A DNA stretch of 64,000 bases from Phoronis australis. Lineage: Eukaryota > Animalia > Phoronida. Location: NCBI GenBank assembly GCA_002633005.1, contig NMRA01000130.1, positions 551,848 to 615,847 on the forward strand, given 5' to 3'. The notes beneath the pieces are model-generated. The model saw only the letters and a list, made by a program, of their open reading frames with translations. It did no database searches and was not told where the DNA came from. A program made the translations under genes and the position numbers. Below are positions 52,350-64,000 of this stretch, in pieces (the stretch's first letter is position 1; each line of letters starts with the position of its first letter).

Positions 52350-54093
52350 GTGCTTACAATCCTACGCTGTCTTGGAAGATTTAGAACCACAAGATGAATC
52401 AATGTTAAATTGATAAAAATCAATTTGGTTACAAAGATTCGGTCTACATTGGTAAATCTAGCGTGTTTATAACGAAGAAAAATTTTCTTTTTAAAATTTT
52501 CAAGGAATTTGACTATAGAAAATTTTACTCTTTCACCATATCTTGTATTTTACATTAAAGAAGGATTACGAGATAATACGATAAAATTTAACCCATTTGG
52601 TAGTGAAAAATAAATCATTTTGCTCTGGGTATGAGCTTGTACCAAATTCTAGAAATAGACAAGATTATCTGTGCCAAATTCAAGAGTTTCCATCAACCAC
52701 AAATGATCATGCACACTATGAGCTACATGAAAACGCTGAGTTGGCAACTATTTTCAGCCGATTTCATGCATAAGCCCAACTTCAGACTCTGTTGATATAA
52801 AGCGTAGTGACCCATATTTGAGAAATATGAATGCCAAATTTAACCATGTCCCAATCTTCAGAATCAAGGAAAATCATTTTTGACTTGAATTTCGATGCCC
52901 AAATTTTAAAGACTGTCCCAATTTTTTTAGACTACCCAAACTGGAGAATTTTTACCATACACAGCAGAGAAGGTGAAATGACTTGGAAACTTTTGCAGGA
53001 TTACGGTGAAGTCTCACCAATCTTGGACAGAAATAATTGCCAAAATTACTCTTCTCCATTTTTCAAGCGTTCCTAGTATTCTTACGATCACATTTTTTTA
53101 AAACATTATCTTTGTGTAGCTATAATATAGAACTTGAACACGAAAAAGGATCTATTTTGTGCGAGATGCCTTCCGTGGAAAAAAATGAGAAAGTAAAATT
53201 TCACTTGTCAACCACGTTGTGTCCTAAACTGGTGACAATTTTACCGGACTTATATTTTTTGCAGCTCACATACTGGCGTTGTGGTGATAAAAAGTTGAAG
53301 TGTTAGACAGAAACCAGAATACAACATTAGACCATCCATCACTACACTGAATCTTGGATGACCGTGCACATAGCAAGATGGGGAAAATTCAATTTAGTTG
53401 ATGGAGAGTGAACGGTCTATACACGAAGCCATAATCATATTTGCTCAATGTGACACTTCCGTTTTCCATCTCAAGATTTCGTAAGAGGTCAGTGCCCCAA
53501 CTTAAACGTCACGAGTCTGAGCTCAGACACGGTTGCCAAGGGTTACCAAATTGGAACAAGAGCCGACAGAAAACGCATTCGGTAAGGGTGACACTGAAAA
53601 CGAAAAAGCTTTCAACTAGTTTGAACAGAATTTGGTCATTTTTGCTAAAATGATGGTGTAAATTTTACAATCCGTTTCACAACAGTTTGGTGATGAAATG
53701 AATGAATTCGAGAACTTACCGCAAGTGACCATTGCTTTTTTACCATACCAACAAAGAAACATGTCATTTCATTTATTTGCTGGCACTAGCACTTAACACA
53801 AAGTTAGGGAAAGTTAACAAGGAAGTTTATGGCACTACCACGTGTTTTCAATTTGCTAACATTAGCACAGAAACTTATCAGGTTGGCTACATATTGACTG
53901 GTCATATCAGAAATATCACAGAATCATCCAAACGACAAAACACACATTGCTACAGAAACACGAAAAAGAGCAACACTGGTGATTATTTCTATCCAAATTT
54001 GAGAGATTTTACTATTACTGAAACTTACCATATTGGGTGAAGGCTTCACCTTTTTTTCAAAAATACAAACTAAAGGCATTGAACTTCCCTGTA

Positions 54094-54354
54094 TCAGCTC
54101 TTGGCCGGTCTTATCACTCTTTTCAAATAATGGGAAAATGGACACAGCAACTTATGGTGTCAGCTATTGGCTGGTCTTATCACTTATTCAATGAATGGTA
54201 AAATAGACACAGTAACTTACGGTGTCAGCAATTGGCTGGTCTTATCACTTTTTTCAACAAATGACAAAATAGACACAGTAACTTTACATGTCAGCCACAG
54301 GCTGACCCCATCTCCAATTTCAACGGAAGACAACATAGGCAGCGAAACTTACCG
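54094..54354. repeat. Degenerate tandem repeat, ~65-bp unit x4
   Basis: CAGC..TTGGCTGGTCTTATCACT..TTCAA..AATG..AAAATAGACACAGTAACTTA.GGTGT. Confidence 0.85.
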
Positions 54355-57300
54355 TCTATTTGATGGCAAGATCACCGAATTTGCCGAAGGAGAATAAAGA
54401 CGGCTACAGTAATTTCATGATCCCCTCATCCTGCTTGCAGTTTTACTCAACAGATCCTGAAACGAAAATTAAGGGATTATTGATAATGAGTCAAGTGGAG
54501 AGTCAAGAGCCGCGTTAACGTAATTTTTTTTTTCCTGACAATTGAGAGGGAAATTCACAATGTGAGTTTTCAGCATAATGGATTAAGTTGTTCATACTGC
54601 AAGGACTGAACTGCCTCACAGAATATAAAAGATTAATGAATGAAACTATTCTGGGTAGAGATTTAGTAATGCAACCAGCACGAAGTATTTGCTGCGGGGT
54701 TATAAAACAAAGATAAAACAGTTCTTAGACAATGCCTTAAGCCATTATGATAATTCCTTCAAAAACCTCGTATTCCACGTCATTGAATAAGGAGTGTACA
54801 ATTTTGATAACCATAGACCCCATAAGGAATTTGGACTTTTAGTTACTCAAACTCAAATTCCAACTGGGCATGAATTCTGGCCATGGGCACAAACCCCGCA
54901 GGTATAAACTTGATACCATGGCAACTCCTCAATTATTTTGCACAAAAAATAATTGCGACAATGGACATTTTTCTAAGGCTGATTATGTTACAGCAAACAA
55001 TGGAAATTTATATTGTAGGACACCTGCACAGAACAAACCAAGCTAATTAGTAGTCTTAATTTTTCTTAACATTTTGCTCTGGGAAATTTGACAAAATAGG
55101 ATACACAATATGCTGCCATATTATTGGCAAAACATGTAAAGAAATACCGTGTACTTACTCTTTACCTCAATACGCAATTCTGTTTTGTGCAGTTTCTCAA
55201 CAAAAATAAAACGGGTAACAAAACACCCATAGGTCACTTAAAGCATGTTTTGTACTGAAGAATTTTCAACAAACAAAAGATAGTCACATTGTGGTTAGGC
55301 GGTAAACAAGAAGATGCAGGCACCTGTACCCATACAGTGCAAGCCAAAAGAATTCAGAGAAAATGACCCAGAATTCCTTGTAATGATGGCTGGGTGGAAG
55401 AGTAGCCTCAAGGTCAAGAATTAAGGTAAATTAACAGGAAAGTTAGTGAAGGTGGCTAAGTTACTAGAACTCTGTAGCCATCACAGTCGTTGTCAGTCAG
55501 GTTCAATTGTAACAGAATTAGCCGTCATGACGGAGAAATAGTATTTTGTTCCGATAACTTTTGTTAGCTACGTAAAACATGATCTATAAAAACATAAAAC
55601 TTTTGTAGACTCTTGAAGAGAGCGTGAGGTAGGAAATCGTGCACGTTTTCTATGCTTGTGAAAGTACGATAATTGTGAATGTCTTACTTTTGCAAGAATA
55701 CATTTTCTCAAGCGTATTTTTGCAATTATCGATAAAATACTGCTGAAATAACATATCGATAAGAAAATATCGCTAATGCACCCTACAGATAATTGAGTAC
55801 CAGGGTGTAGTCCCAGATAGGATGTTGAGGGGATTCCACGCAGTTTGCCAAAAAGTTGTAAAGCAGTCGTAGTTTTACGACGTCGTAGTTTTACAACAGT
55901 GACTAACTTACAAAAATTTCCATATAATTTCTGATTTCAAAAAATAAATTATTTTAAAGTTTGAGGAGTACAAACAAACAGGGAAAAGCATATGTGATAA
56001 GCATGACAAAATTAAAGAAATGTAGACAATTTCAGATAAGGAGAATCAAAGTATGGTGAAATCTCACCAATTTCGCACAAAAAAATTGCCAAAACTGCAT
56101 TTTTTTTGTTTTCAAGGACTTCTTACATAGTTGTGAATGCTCACAATTTTCCAAAATATTGTCTGTTGGTAGCTATGGTAACATAACTTAGATATGGCAA
56201 AGTATCATTCGGATACTGTATATCATTTATGAAAAAAATGAAAAAATAGAATTTCACCTGACCAAAATACTGTGTCCTAAATTGACAAGATTTTACTGCA
56301 TATATGGATATAAAAGACCAACTGTAACCAGTTCAAGTGTCTGGTGAGTACTTAAATGTCTGGTTACTCCCCTTATTTCTTTCAATACAAATGCACCATA
56401 ATAACTGCATGTCATTTCCCCTCAAGTAATACATCTCACATACCTTTAGATATTTTGAAAACTATATTTCATCCTGTTCAGCTGGCTAAGAAACGATAAT
56501 CGAATTAGGACTTCTACTCTTGTAAAATCGGTCTCATAATTCCTTGCCGTGATACGATTTCGTTTCAGCATCCAACTCAAATCTGAAGCGTTGCTGGTAG
56601 CGGAAATAAAATCCTATCACGATAAGGAAGGTTGTAAGACATTTGATTAGAGTAAAGGGCCCAATTCGATTTCCGGTTTTAGACAGCAACGGTGAACAGA
56701 GCGAAATGCAGCTTGAACTCATGCCTACAGAATGGTTTTGTTCTGCCTATACTTCTCGAGGTACTTCACATACGTTTCTGGTTTATTTTACCAAAAAAAT
56801 TTGGCAATAATGAATAGGAAAAACTTATTTCATAATTTACACAGTTTATATCTTACTGCTGTCATTACAAAACAAATGATGAAATTATGCGCATTTTTAC
56901 AATGCACCGAGCATTTGAAAAATGGAAAATCACAAATCTGGAAATTCTCACATACCAAAATCTTTGCTCTTCAGTTGTGAAGGTAGAAAAACGACCTGTA
57001 TGATTAGCCTAGTTTTCAAAATGGAGGACTGCTAACACAACTTCTGAGTAGAGTGACACAAGGAGGAACATTTTATACTGGCTCTTTCAGCTTTTAAAAT
57101 TTTCTATGAAAGCACTGCAACTCACTGTGTAACAGTAAAACAGTGATTAGAACAACTCAGCTGTGGGACAAATACCCCATGGATGCACAGAATTGTGGGT
57201 AAATACCGCACAATAAGAGAGGGCGCTATAAATGGGAAGTGGTTATTGTTTTTTGTTGGGTTTTGAGGAAAGTTGACCCTATATGTACCAACACAATTGC

Positions 57301-58471
57301 AATGAAAATGGTTCCTGAAACAAACAAAGTATCCAGAAACAGAACAAATTTTAAAACATGCAATTCACATTTTATTTCAAGGCCAAGAGGCAATTAAAGT
57401 AGACAAGGGTGGTTCAATGAAGTACCATTCTGAGAACACACCTAGATTACAAACACGTGGACTCTTTGGTAAAATCTCACCAATTTAGAACACATAATAG
57501 CAGTCAAGTGAGTTTTTTTCACAAAAGATATATATCACAACATATAAATGCTTTATCATTTCTAAATTCTAAACCAAAACTACCAGCAGTGAGAAATTAT
57601 TGGCATAAACAACGATGTTTGACGACTTGGAGAAAATCAAATTTGATAATCCTTTTTGTTTGAAATAAGTGAGATTTTACCTACCGAAATTTAAAACTTG
57701 GCAAATACCATAAATTTGTCATCTTATTACCTGACAGTGTAATAGTAAAAACAGTAAGCATGACCAACTGTTTCAACACATATCAAGGGACTCCAAAATC
57801 TGTGAGTAATTTAACAGCAATTCATTATAACCAGGGTAAACTTTCTAGGTTGTTTGCATCGTCAACGATTCCTCGTAAACTGATAGGGATTTGCATTCTA
57901 CATTTCACGTCCTGACATTGGCATCTTTAGAAATCAAATAATACAGCAGTCGGACCTACGCCTATATACAACTCAAAACGTAATACAGTGTGTTTACTGA
58001 GGGTACAAGCAAGCGTGTGCGTTCACCAAATTGGGTCACATTTAATTTGAAAGGACAACAGATACTTTTGGTGCTACCAGTACAGAAAGACCCATGGAAA
58101 ACAACCTATCATCCAGCAGCTGCCTCTATGTATATAAAGTAAGACAAACAGGCCTATTTTTTATACATTTATAAAAAGGTTAACGTTCTGAATGTCCTCA
58201 TCAGACCGTAGTCTGTTTGGCATCTAGTGCTTTTTAATGCAACCATATACCTGTCCGCCCTGTTTTTTTATAGTAGAACCAGACGTGAACTGGTGAAGCA
58301 TACCATCTGCCAAATGAGACAAAATTGGAAGAGTCCAGTTCACTCAGACAGGGGTCTGGCCACTTGACGAATGCCAAATGAACATGACATTTCAAGTACT
58401 ATAAGTCCAGTTTAGACATCAACTTTTTGGCCTGGTGCAACTGACACGGAGCCAATTGAGCCGTGTCAAGC

Positions 58472-58815
58472 GGCCGTTTACACACACACACAACTCACTA
58501 ACCGTGGCAAGACGTAAATTGAAGGCTAGAGAGACTGGATCGCACATGCGCAGGTTTACAAATGACGAGAGTTGCAGAGACAAAGAACCCGTACGTAGGT
58601 CATTGCACAAGTAGAGATGATCTTTTCCGCCTTACTCCAGTTTCGCGTTTAGACTTATAATTGACACGGCACAAGATGTTCGGGCGCAAATTACTCTACC
58701 TCACAAACGGGTGGAAAAAATTTGTCATTGCAGTGTCAATTTGTCCGTTTACACACTGGAACAACTTGTTCCCTGTCAGCTGATCCGTGTCAACTTTGTA
58801 AGTGTAAATAGCACT
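58472..58815. mobile_element. Probable Harbinger-like MITE
   Basis: GGCCGTTTACAC ... GTGTAAATAGCAC termini; internal TTGACACGG / CCGTGTCAA and GTTTACAC motifs. Confidence 0.5.
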
Positions 58816-59447
58816 ATAGATGTAGGACACAAGAGATGTATGTCCAACTTCCCAATGCCATACCTCAGAGATGGCTGATTAGATTCATAACAAACATTCA
58901 CATATTATGCTTTATGAACTGTTCTGCAAAGCACTGTTGGGAATTGTTTTAAATATTCAACTTTTGCATGAGAAGCTAGGTGTCTTACGACTAATAAAGT
59001 TTTACAAAATAACGGAATGGCACCTTATGAAACTGTTATGGACTTTTGAGATTTCATCTTTAACATTTGCCATATAGTGAAAGAAATTTGGTCTTGCTAG
59101 TGCTTTGCTATAAATTACTTTTTAACTATGCTGTATTTTAAGACATGTTCACATGGCCCACCTGACAACAGATTGCTATCAAATCAAAACTCACTTTCTC
59201 CAGGCTTTCTTCTCTCAGGACACATCTCCATTTAGTGAGTTCAAATACATAAACATATATTTTTATAAATATGGCAAAATGATCAGACAAGTGGATTACG
59301 GTTCGACATAACATGATAGACTAGGACAAGCATGACTGTGAAAAGACCAGTAGCCACGACCACATACTGGGTTCACGTGAGTGGCAAAAACGCTAGCAAA
59401 TTTTCACAGGTTAAAATGTTACCTTTAAGCCAGACTGACATGCTTAC

Positions 59448-59522
59448 CTGGTATGCATAATATAACAAATTCCAAGTGCCTACCATGAGTGTACCAGATA
59501 CCCCTGCGTCTTCTAGGAAGAC
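59448..59522 (-). other. Candidate upstream SPOP exon (75 nt; 5' UTR or N-terminal extension)
   Basis: Acceptor TTTATTTCTGGCCATCTTCAG, donor CAG|GTAAGC; open frame VFLEDAGVSGTLMVGTWNLLYYAYQ in phase with SPOP exon 1. Confidence 0.45.
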
Positions 59523-60069
59523 CTGAAGATGGCCAGAAATAAATGACCTGACCAAAATGCCATGTCAACGTGAATAGGCTAGAGGTTGTTTTAAATACAC
59601 TAAGGTATTTTAAACACGGTGTTACTACACCACCTCAATAGAGTTTTAGGAACTTAACTCCTCTTAATTAAAATAGGTCGATTAAATTGCGGAATTACGC
59701 AACTACCCTGCAATGGGAAAGTGGTGGGAATACTTGCTAGAGGTCCCGGCATGCAACACAAGGTATTCAATCGAGATAGTGAATCTACTACGCCATCTAG
59801 TGCTTAATCTCTGGAACTAATGTAATCTCTGATGTCGCTACCAGAGGAGCTAATGGGAGAGTAAGGGGAGTTATGAGGGAGTTGCGACAGACCAACGGGA
59901 AGACAACGTAACTTTCAATAACATAGACACATGAACACCCCTGCATATCTTCAATTTAGATTTCCAATCATTATTCAAGATTTCCATAGAAGTCATTAGG
60001 AAGTTTATCAACACTAACGAACCAGAAGGAACGCGGCTACAGGGGTCAACTTGGCATTCTGTAGCTTAC

Positions 60070-60294
60070 CAATGCAACATCAGATTTTGTTTGGCAAGCT
60101 GGTAAAAATCAAAAGTTGATACGCCTACATCCGAGCATGTGCTAAAAAAAGCTACGACAAGTAAACAGACGTTTTTTTCCGGAAACGCCCGTTTGTGATT
60201 GATGCACAGACAACATGTCTCGAGCTGGATAATGGACCTGGTGGGAAATTGGTGATTACAGAGCAAACAATTTTATTCCATATTTTCCATTAGA
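60070..60294 (-). other. Candidate SPOP 5' UTR exon (225 nt, contains upstream ATGs)
   Basis: Strong acceptor TTCTTTTTATTTTTTTTGTAG and donor TTG|GTAAGC; stop codons in the SPOP frame. Confidence 0.35.
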
Positions 60295-61787
60295 CTACAA
60301 AAAAATAAAAAGAACATTGTCCAGGTGATTTTGGGTATTCCGCCAGACATCTGCATAGTGTTGAGGCATGCATTCACCAAACTCTACACATTAGGAGTGG
60401 ATTTATAATGCACAACAATTTCCGATTAAACTGGTTTTTAAAAGATTTTTATAAAACATGCCTGAAAATAAGAACACCACACTAATAACCAAGTAACATA
60501 AAACTGTCGCTTATCCTAGAGGGGAAATGCAACACGCTGAAAGCAATCAGTTGATTTAAAAGCTAGAAACTGACATGTGCCATTTCAAATTGTCCATGCA
60601 AACAATTACGCACAGTGAAAGTAGTCAGGTGATCAGTAATTGCATTAAAGCACACCCAAGTTGTGCTTCATCAGCCGGCAAGGGTACAATAAGCTATCAT
60701 TCAATAAAAATCTCTTGACACTGAAACAATCTATTATGAACCCAGTCCATGGTTTTAGCATGCGTTGTTATGAATGCCTAAATGCCGTATTCCAAAAATA
60801 AGAACAAAGGGTTTCGCTTAAAAACAAGAACGAAATCCGTGATCCAAAGAGGGTATTCATAACAATGCTAGAACCGTCTGAAGAAAAGAAAAAAGAGAAA
60901 TTACGGTAACCTTTTTGACACAACGGTAATTTACAAGCTAGTTTGCAAAACCTTAACCTAAATTTTCAAGAGGGAGAACTCAAAATTCCAGCTGGGTACA
61001 ATTTATCACTATAAACTCCACTGAATGATGTACTTATATACATAACTGTTATGGCCCAGGAGTATTACACAAATAATTATGCAACAACTGAATAATGGCT
61101 CAACCATTGATCTCAGGGTTTTGTATGGGTTGATCCTGGAGTATTGGAAGGTCAGCAGGAATATTGGATAATCTAGTTATCCAACTATGATCCCTAGAAG
61201 CAACCATTGCATAATTGACCTTTATGTAAAATAGTATGATACAACCACCACTACCACGCACTGACCCAGTTTGAAGAATTGGGCATTGACCCAGTTTGAA
61301 GAATTCCGACTAATGATTGATCAGGAGCAAAGAGTGATCGTCCTAGACATCAGTGAGGTGAAGCCCAGACACAGTTCTCTACAATTCGATTTTGGCCAAC
61401 AAGCAAAATAGTTTCATCAAACTGAGTCCAGAAATTGTCTGAGGTGTTTTTTCTTTTGACACAAAAACCCAGGGTGCAAATGTGAGATCTAGCAGATTTC
61501 TGACACATCTGAGACATAGCACAGTACATACATAGGACTTGATTAACTTTCAAAGGTTCGAGAAGTGGTTGGTTACCTAGTCAGCCCTGGCCTATGCATA
61601 ATCACAGTGAATGATGACGGGTTGTTCTACCAGGAGACATCTCTCTCTAAAACAGGAAATTGCCGCAACAATGCATATGCTGGTTCATGATGTAGGCCAT
61701 TAGCTGTGCACTCTGGCAAACAAACTTTAAGCTTTAATGTTCTGATAAACCTTAAGTTCATTCCACACAGCCTACCCTAGAAAACTT

Positions 61788-62442
61788 GAGTGCTGTCCAC
61801 ACACAGACTTATCCCAAAACACCTGGAACGAGTTGTCGCTAGGTTTAAGGGCTGTGCGGACGGATAGACGGATGGACGGACGGACACTATTTAAACTAAC
61901 GTAACTTATCCCACATGTGACAACTTACTATATCTTATCGAGGTAGGGTAACTTGTTCTAAGGTAACTTACGCCACTTCTAATCATTGTGTGGTCACAAA
62001 ACTGGGGTAAGAGACAAGTATATAATCATCATCTGCGCTAATATACAGACGGATTTTCTTTTGCGCGCCGTACTCTCGTTAGCCGTTCACCGTCACGCAG
62101 AGAGCGACAACTTCCACCTTACCTTAGTTATCAGATACGAGGCAACTTACCCCAATTTTAAGTGAAACGTCCACACATATTTATATCCCATAACTAGGAT
62201 GAGGAGGAAGTTGCCGCTCTGTGCATGACAATGACCGACATACGCGAATGAAGAGGCAGCTGATAATTACTTCCACCTTACCCCAGTTTTGAAGCCACAC
62301 AATGCTTAGGAGTGGCGCAGGTTACCCTTGAACAAGTTAGCCCACCTCGATAAGGTGGGGTAAGTTGCACTAGTTCAAATACTGTCCGCATAGCCTCTAA
62401 ACCTAACTTGTTCTAAGGTAAGTCTGTCGGTGGACAGCACTC
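61788..62442. mobile_element. Harbinger-like fold-back MITE (~650 bp)
   Basis: GAGTGCTGTCCACACACAGACTTA ... TAAGTCTGTCGGTGGACAGCACTC; complementarity continues internally (AACTTGTTC/GAACAAGTT, AAAACTGGGGTAAG/CTTACCCCAGTTTT); short (GGAC)n tract at ~61857-61885. Confidence 0.82.
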
Positions 62443-64000
62443 AAGATGTGTCACAATCGCGAAATCTGACTATCCAATTTGGCATTCATTCAAAACTGTA
62501 GACGGCTGCAAGATCAGTATTACGAACTGCCTCCTATGCCAGCGAACTGCATGAAATTATACAATTTAGGTAGCACTGAAATAATACCTGCACGAGGTGG
62601 TGATGGAGCCAAAGAGAACAACACAATCCAACTTCACAACCACTCCACATCAGATGGAAAATAGACAAGTAAACCTCTACTTCTAATTCTGAACCAAAAA
62701 GAAACCGATTTAGAATATGGATGTAGGTAGAGAGCAATGACGGGCCCAAATTTGTTACACAAGCTGGATGAACGACAGTCCTACATGAAAAATGATCAAC
62801 TCGCCACTGTTACGCCACAACGCTCCAATGTGCAGGGGAATTGTAGCTTCCTGTTCGTTTTCAGTTTACGAAAATTATTTTGGGGAAAAATTAACAGGAA
62901 GTTACGGGTTAATAAACCAGGCAGCACGATTTCAGTTTCTTGGTCATTCATTTCACAATCGGCCTGCGTTGTTGAAAAAAGTGGCATATAACTGGACTTT
63001 TGTCTAACAAATTTCTCAGCAAAAATAACTTTTTAAAAGAAAACTTCACAGGAAATTATTGACTAACAAATATCACCCAATTTGGACAAAAATCATTGGT
63101 CTTTTTTAACTTGTAACAACTTTATCACAATTAAATGCCAACAATTTATTGAATCATTGTCTGATACTAACCATGGTATAGAACTGCAAAATGATAAAGG
63201 CATTTAGTTGGTACTAGTAACAAGGGTGCCGAGCCCTCTTTAAATTCCACCACTCTCATTTCGGTCTTCATTTAATTTGTTTAGCCAGGAAATGTTTACC
63301 TGCACTCTTTTGGAAATCATTGCTTCGCACAGAAGCTGCTTTTGATGTCTGCAGTAATCAGGCTTGATAGCTTAAAGTGGGGATCATTTTAGAAAAATGC
63401 ATGGTGTGGGATTAATTGACCTGCACAGACTCAAGTCTATGGGACAATCTGGAGGACCTATGGGCCATGTTATTTTTTTGCCCTTTTCGCTTCCTATTTT
63501 AATGGGCCCAATGGCCCAATCTTCCGAATCAAGAAAAAAAATTCAGCTTGAATTTAGTTGTGTAGAGACTGTCTTAAACACGAAAAGTTTTACTGTATGA
63601 TATGCAAAATTTTTTGCCACACTTCATGGAAAGCAAGGTAATATTATTCAAAGGTATAAATGAGAGTGTATTGATGTTGTGGACTCGTGATCAGATTTAT
63701 AACCTCAGCAAGCACCAAATGGAAACTGATTTACACTTTTACTCACACTCTCTGGTTTATAGTCAGTGAGTTCAGAAAAACAAAGCAGACACAGTTCATT
63801 GATTACAACGTTAAAAGGCCAAAGCATAAAAAATGCTCACCAGTGGTTACTGATTTTCAAATGTAACACTTTTCTAAGAGGAAAATAATGTTACAAAATT
63901 TGAAAATGAACGTTTAACAATAACATGATACATGACAAAGGCATGGTAGCCACTATCAAAGGCACCTTTTAATGAGCCAGAAGTGGTCCTGAAAATCCTA

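Noticed and set aside
48700-64000. Additional protein-coding gene upstream of SPOP
   Set aside because: None of the short ORFs shows a recognisable domain or a consistent exon chain; the region reads as leader intron plus repeats. Small exons could have been missed.

Overview
Intron-rich, repeat-rich, AT-rich animal (probably invertebrate) genomic DNA; nothing here looks prokaryotic. Two convergent spliced genes can be assembled by hand. (1) A uridine phosphorylase (UPP1/UPP2 family) on the + strand has seven identifiable coding exons at 6385-23173; its start-codon exon was not found. (2) A complete SPOP/roadkill-type MATH-BTB Cullin3 adaptor on the - strand has eight coding exons from 48584 to 32185 (386 aa) and candidate upstream exons near 59.4-60.3 kb. 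The rest is a dense transposon landscape: an intron-containing hAT/ZNF862-type transposase remnant, Helentron/DINE-like elements, several MITE families, two tRNA-derived SINE families, an inverted pair of Penelope-like 3' ends with degenerate hammerhead-like motifs, and many local tandem duplications. One duplication flanks the single N and is probably an assembly artefact. I found no convincing novel multi-gene system. The best leads are TE-derived fold-back structures next to splice sites and a possible N-terminally extended SPOP isoform. Nearly all of the short six-frame ORFs are spurious.
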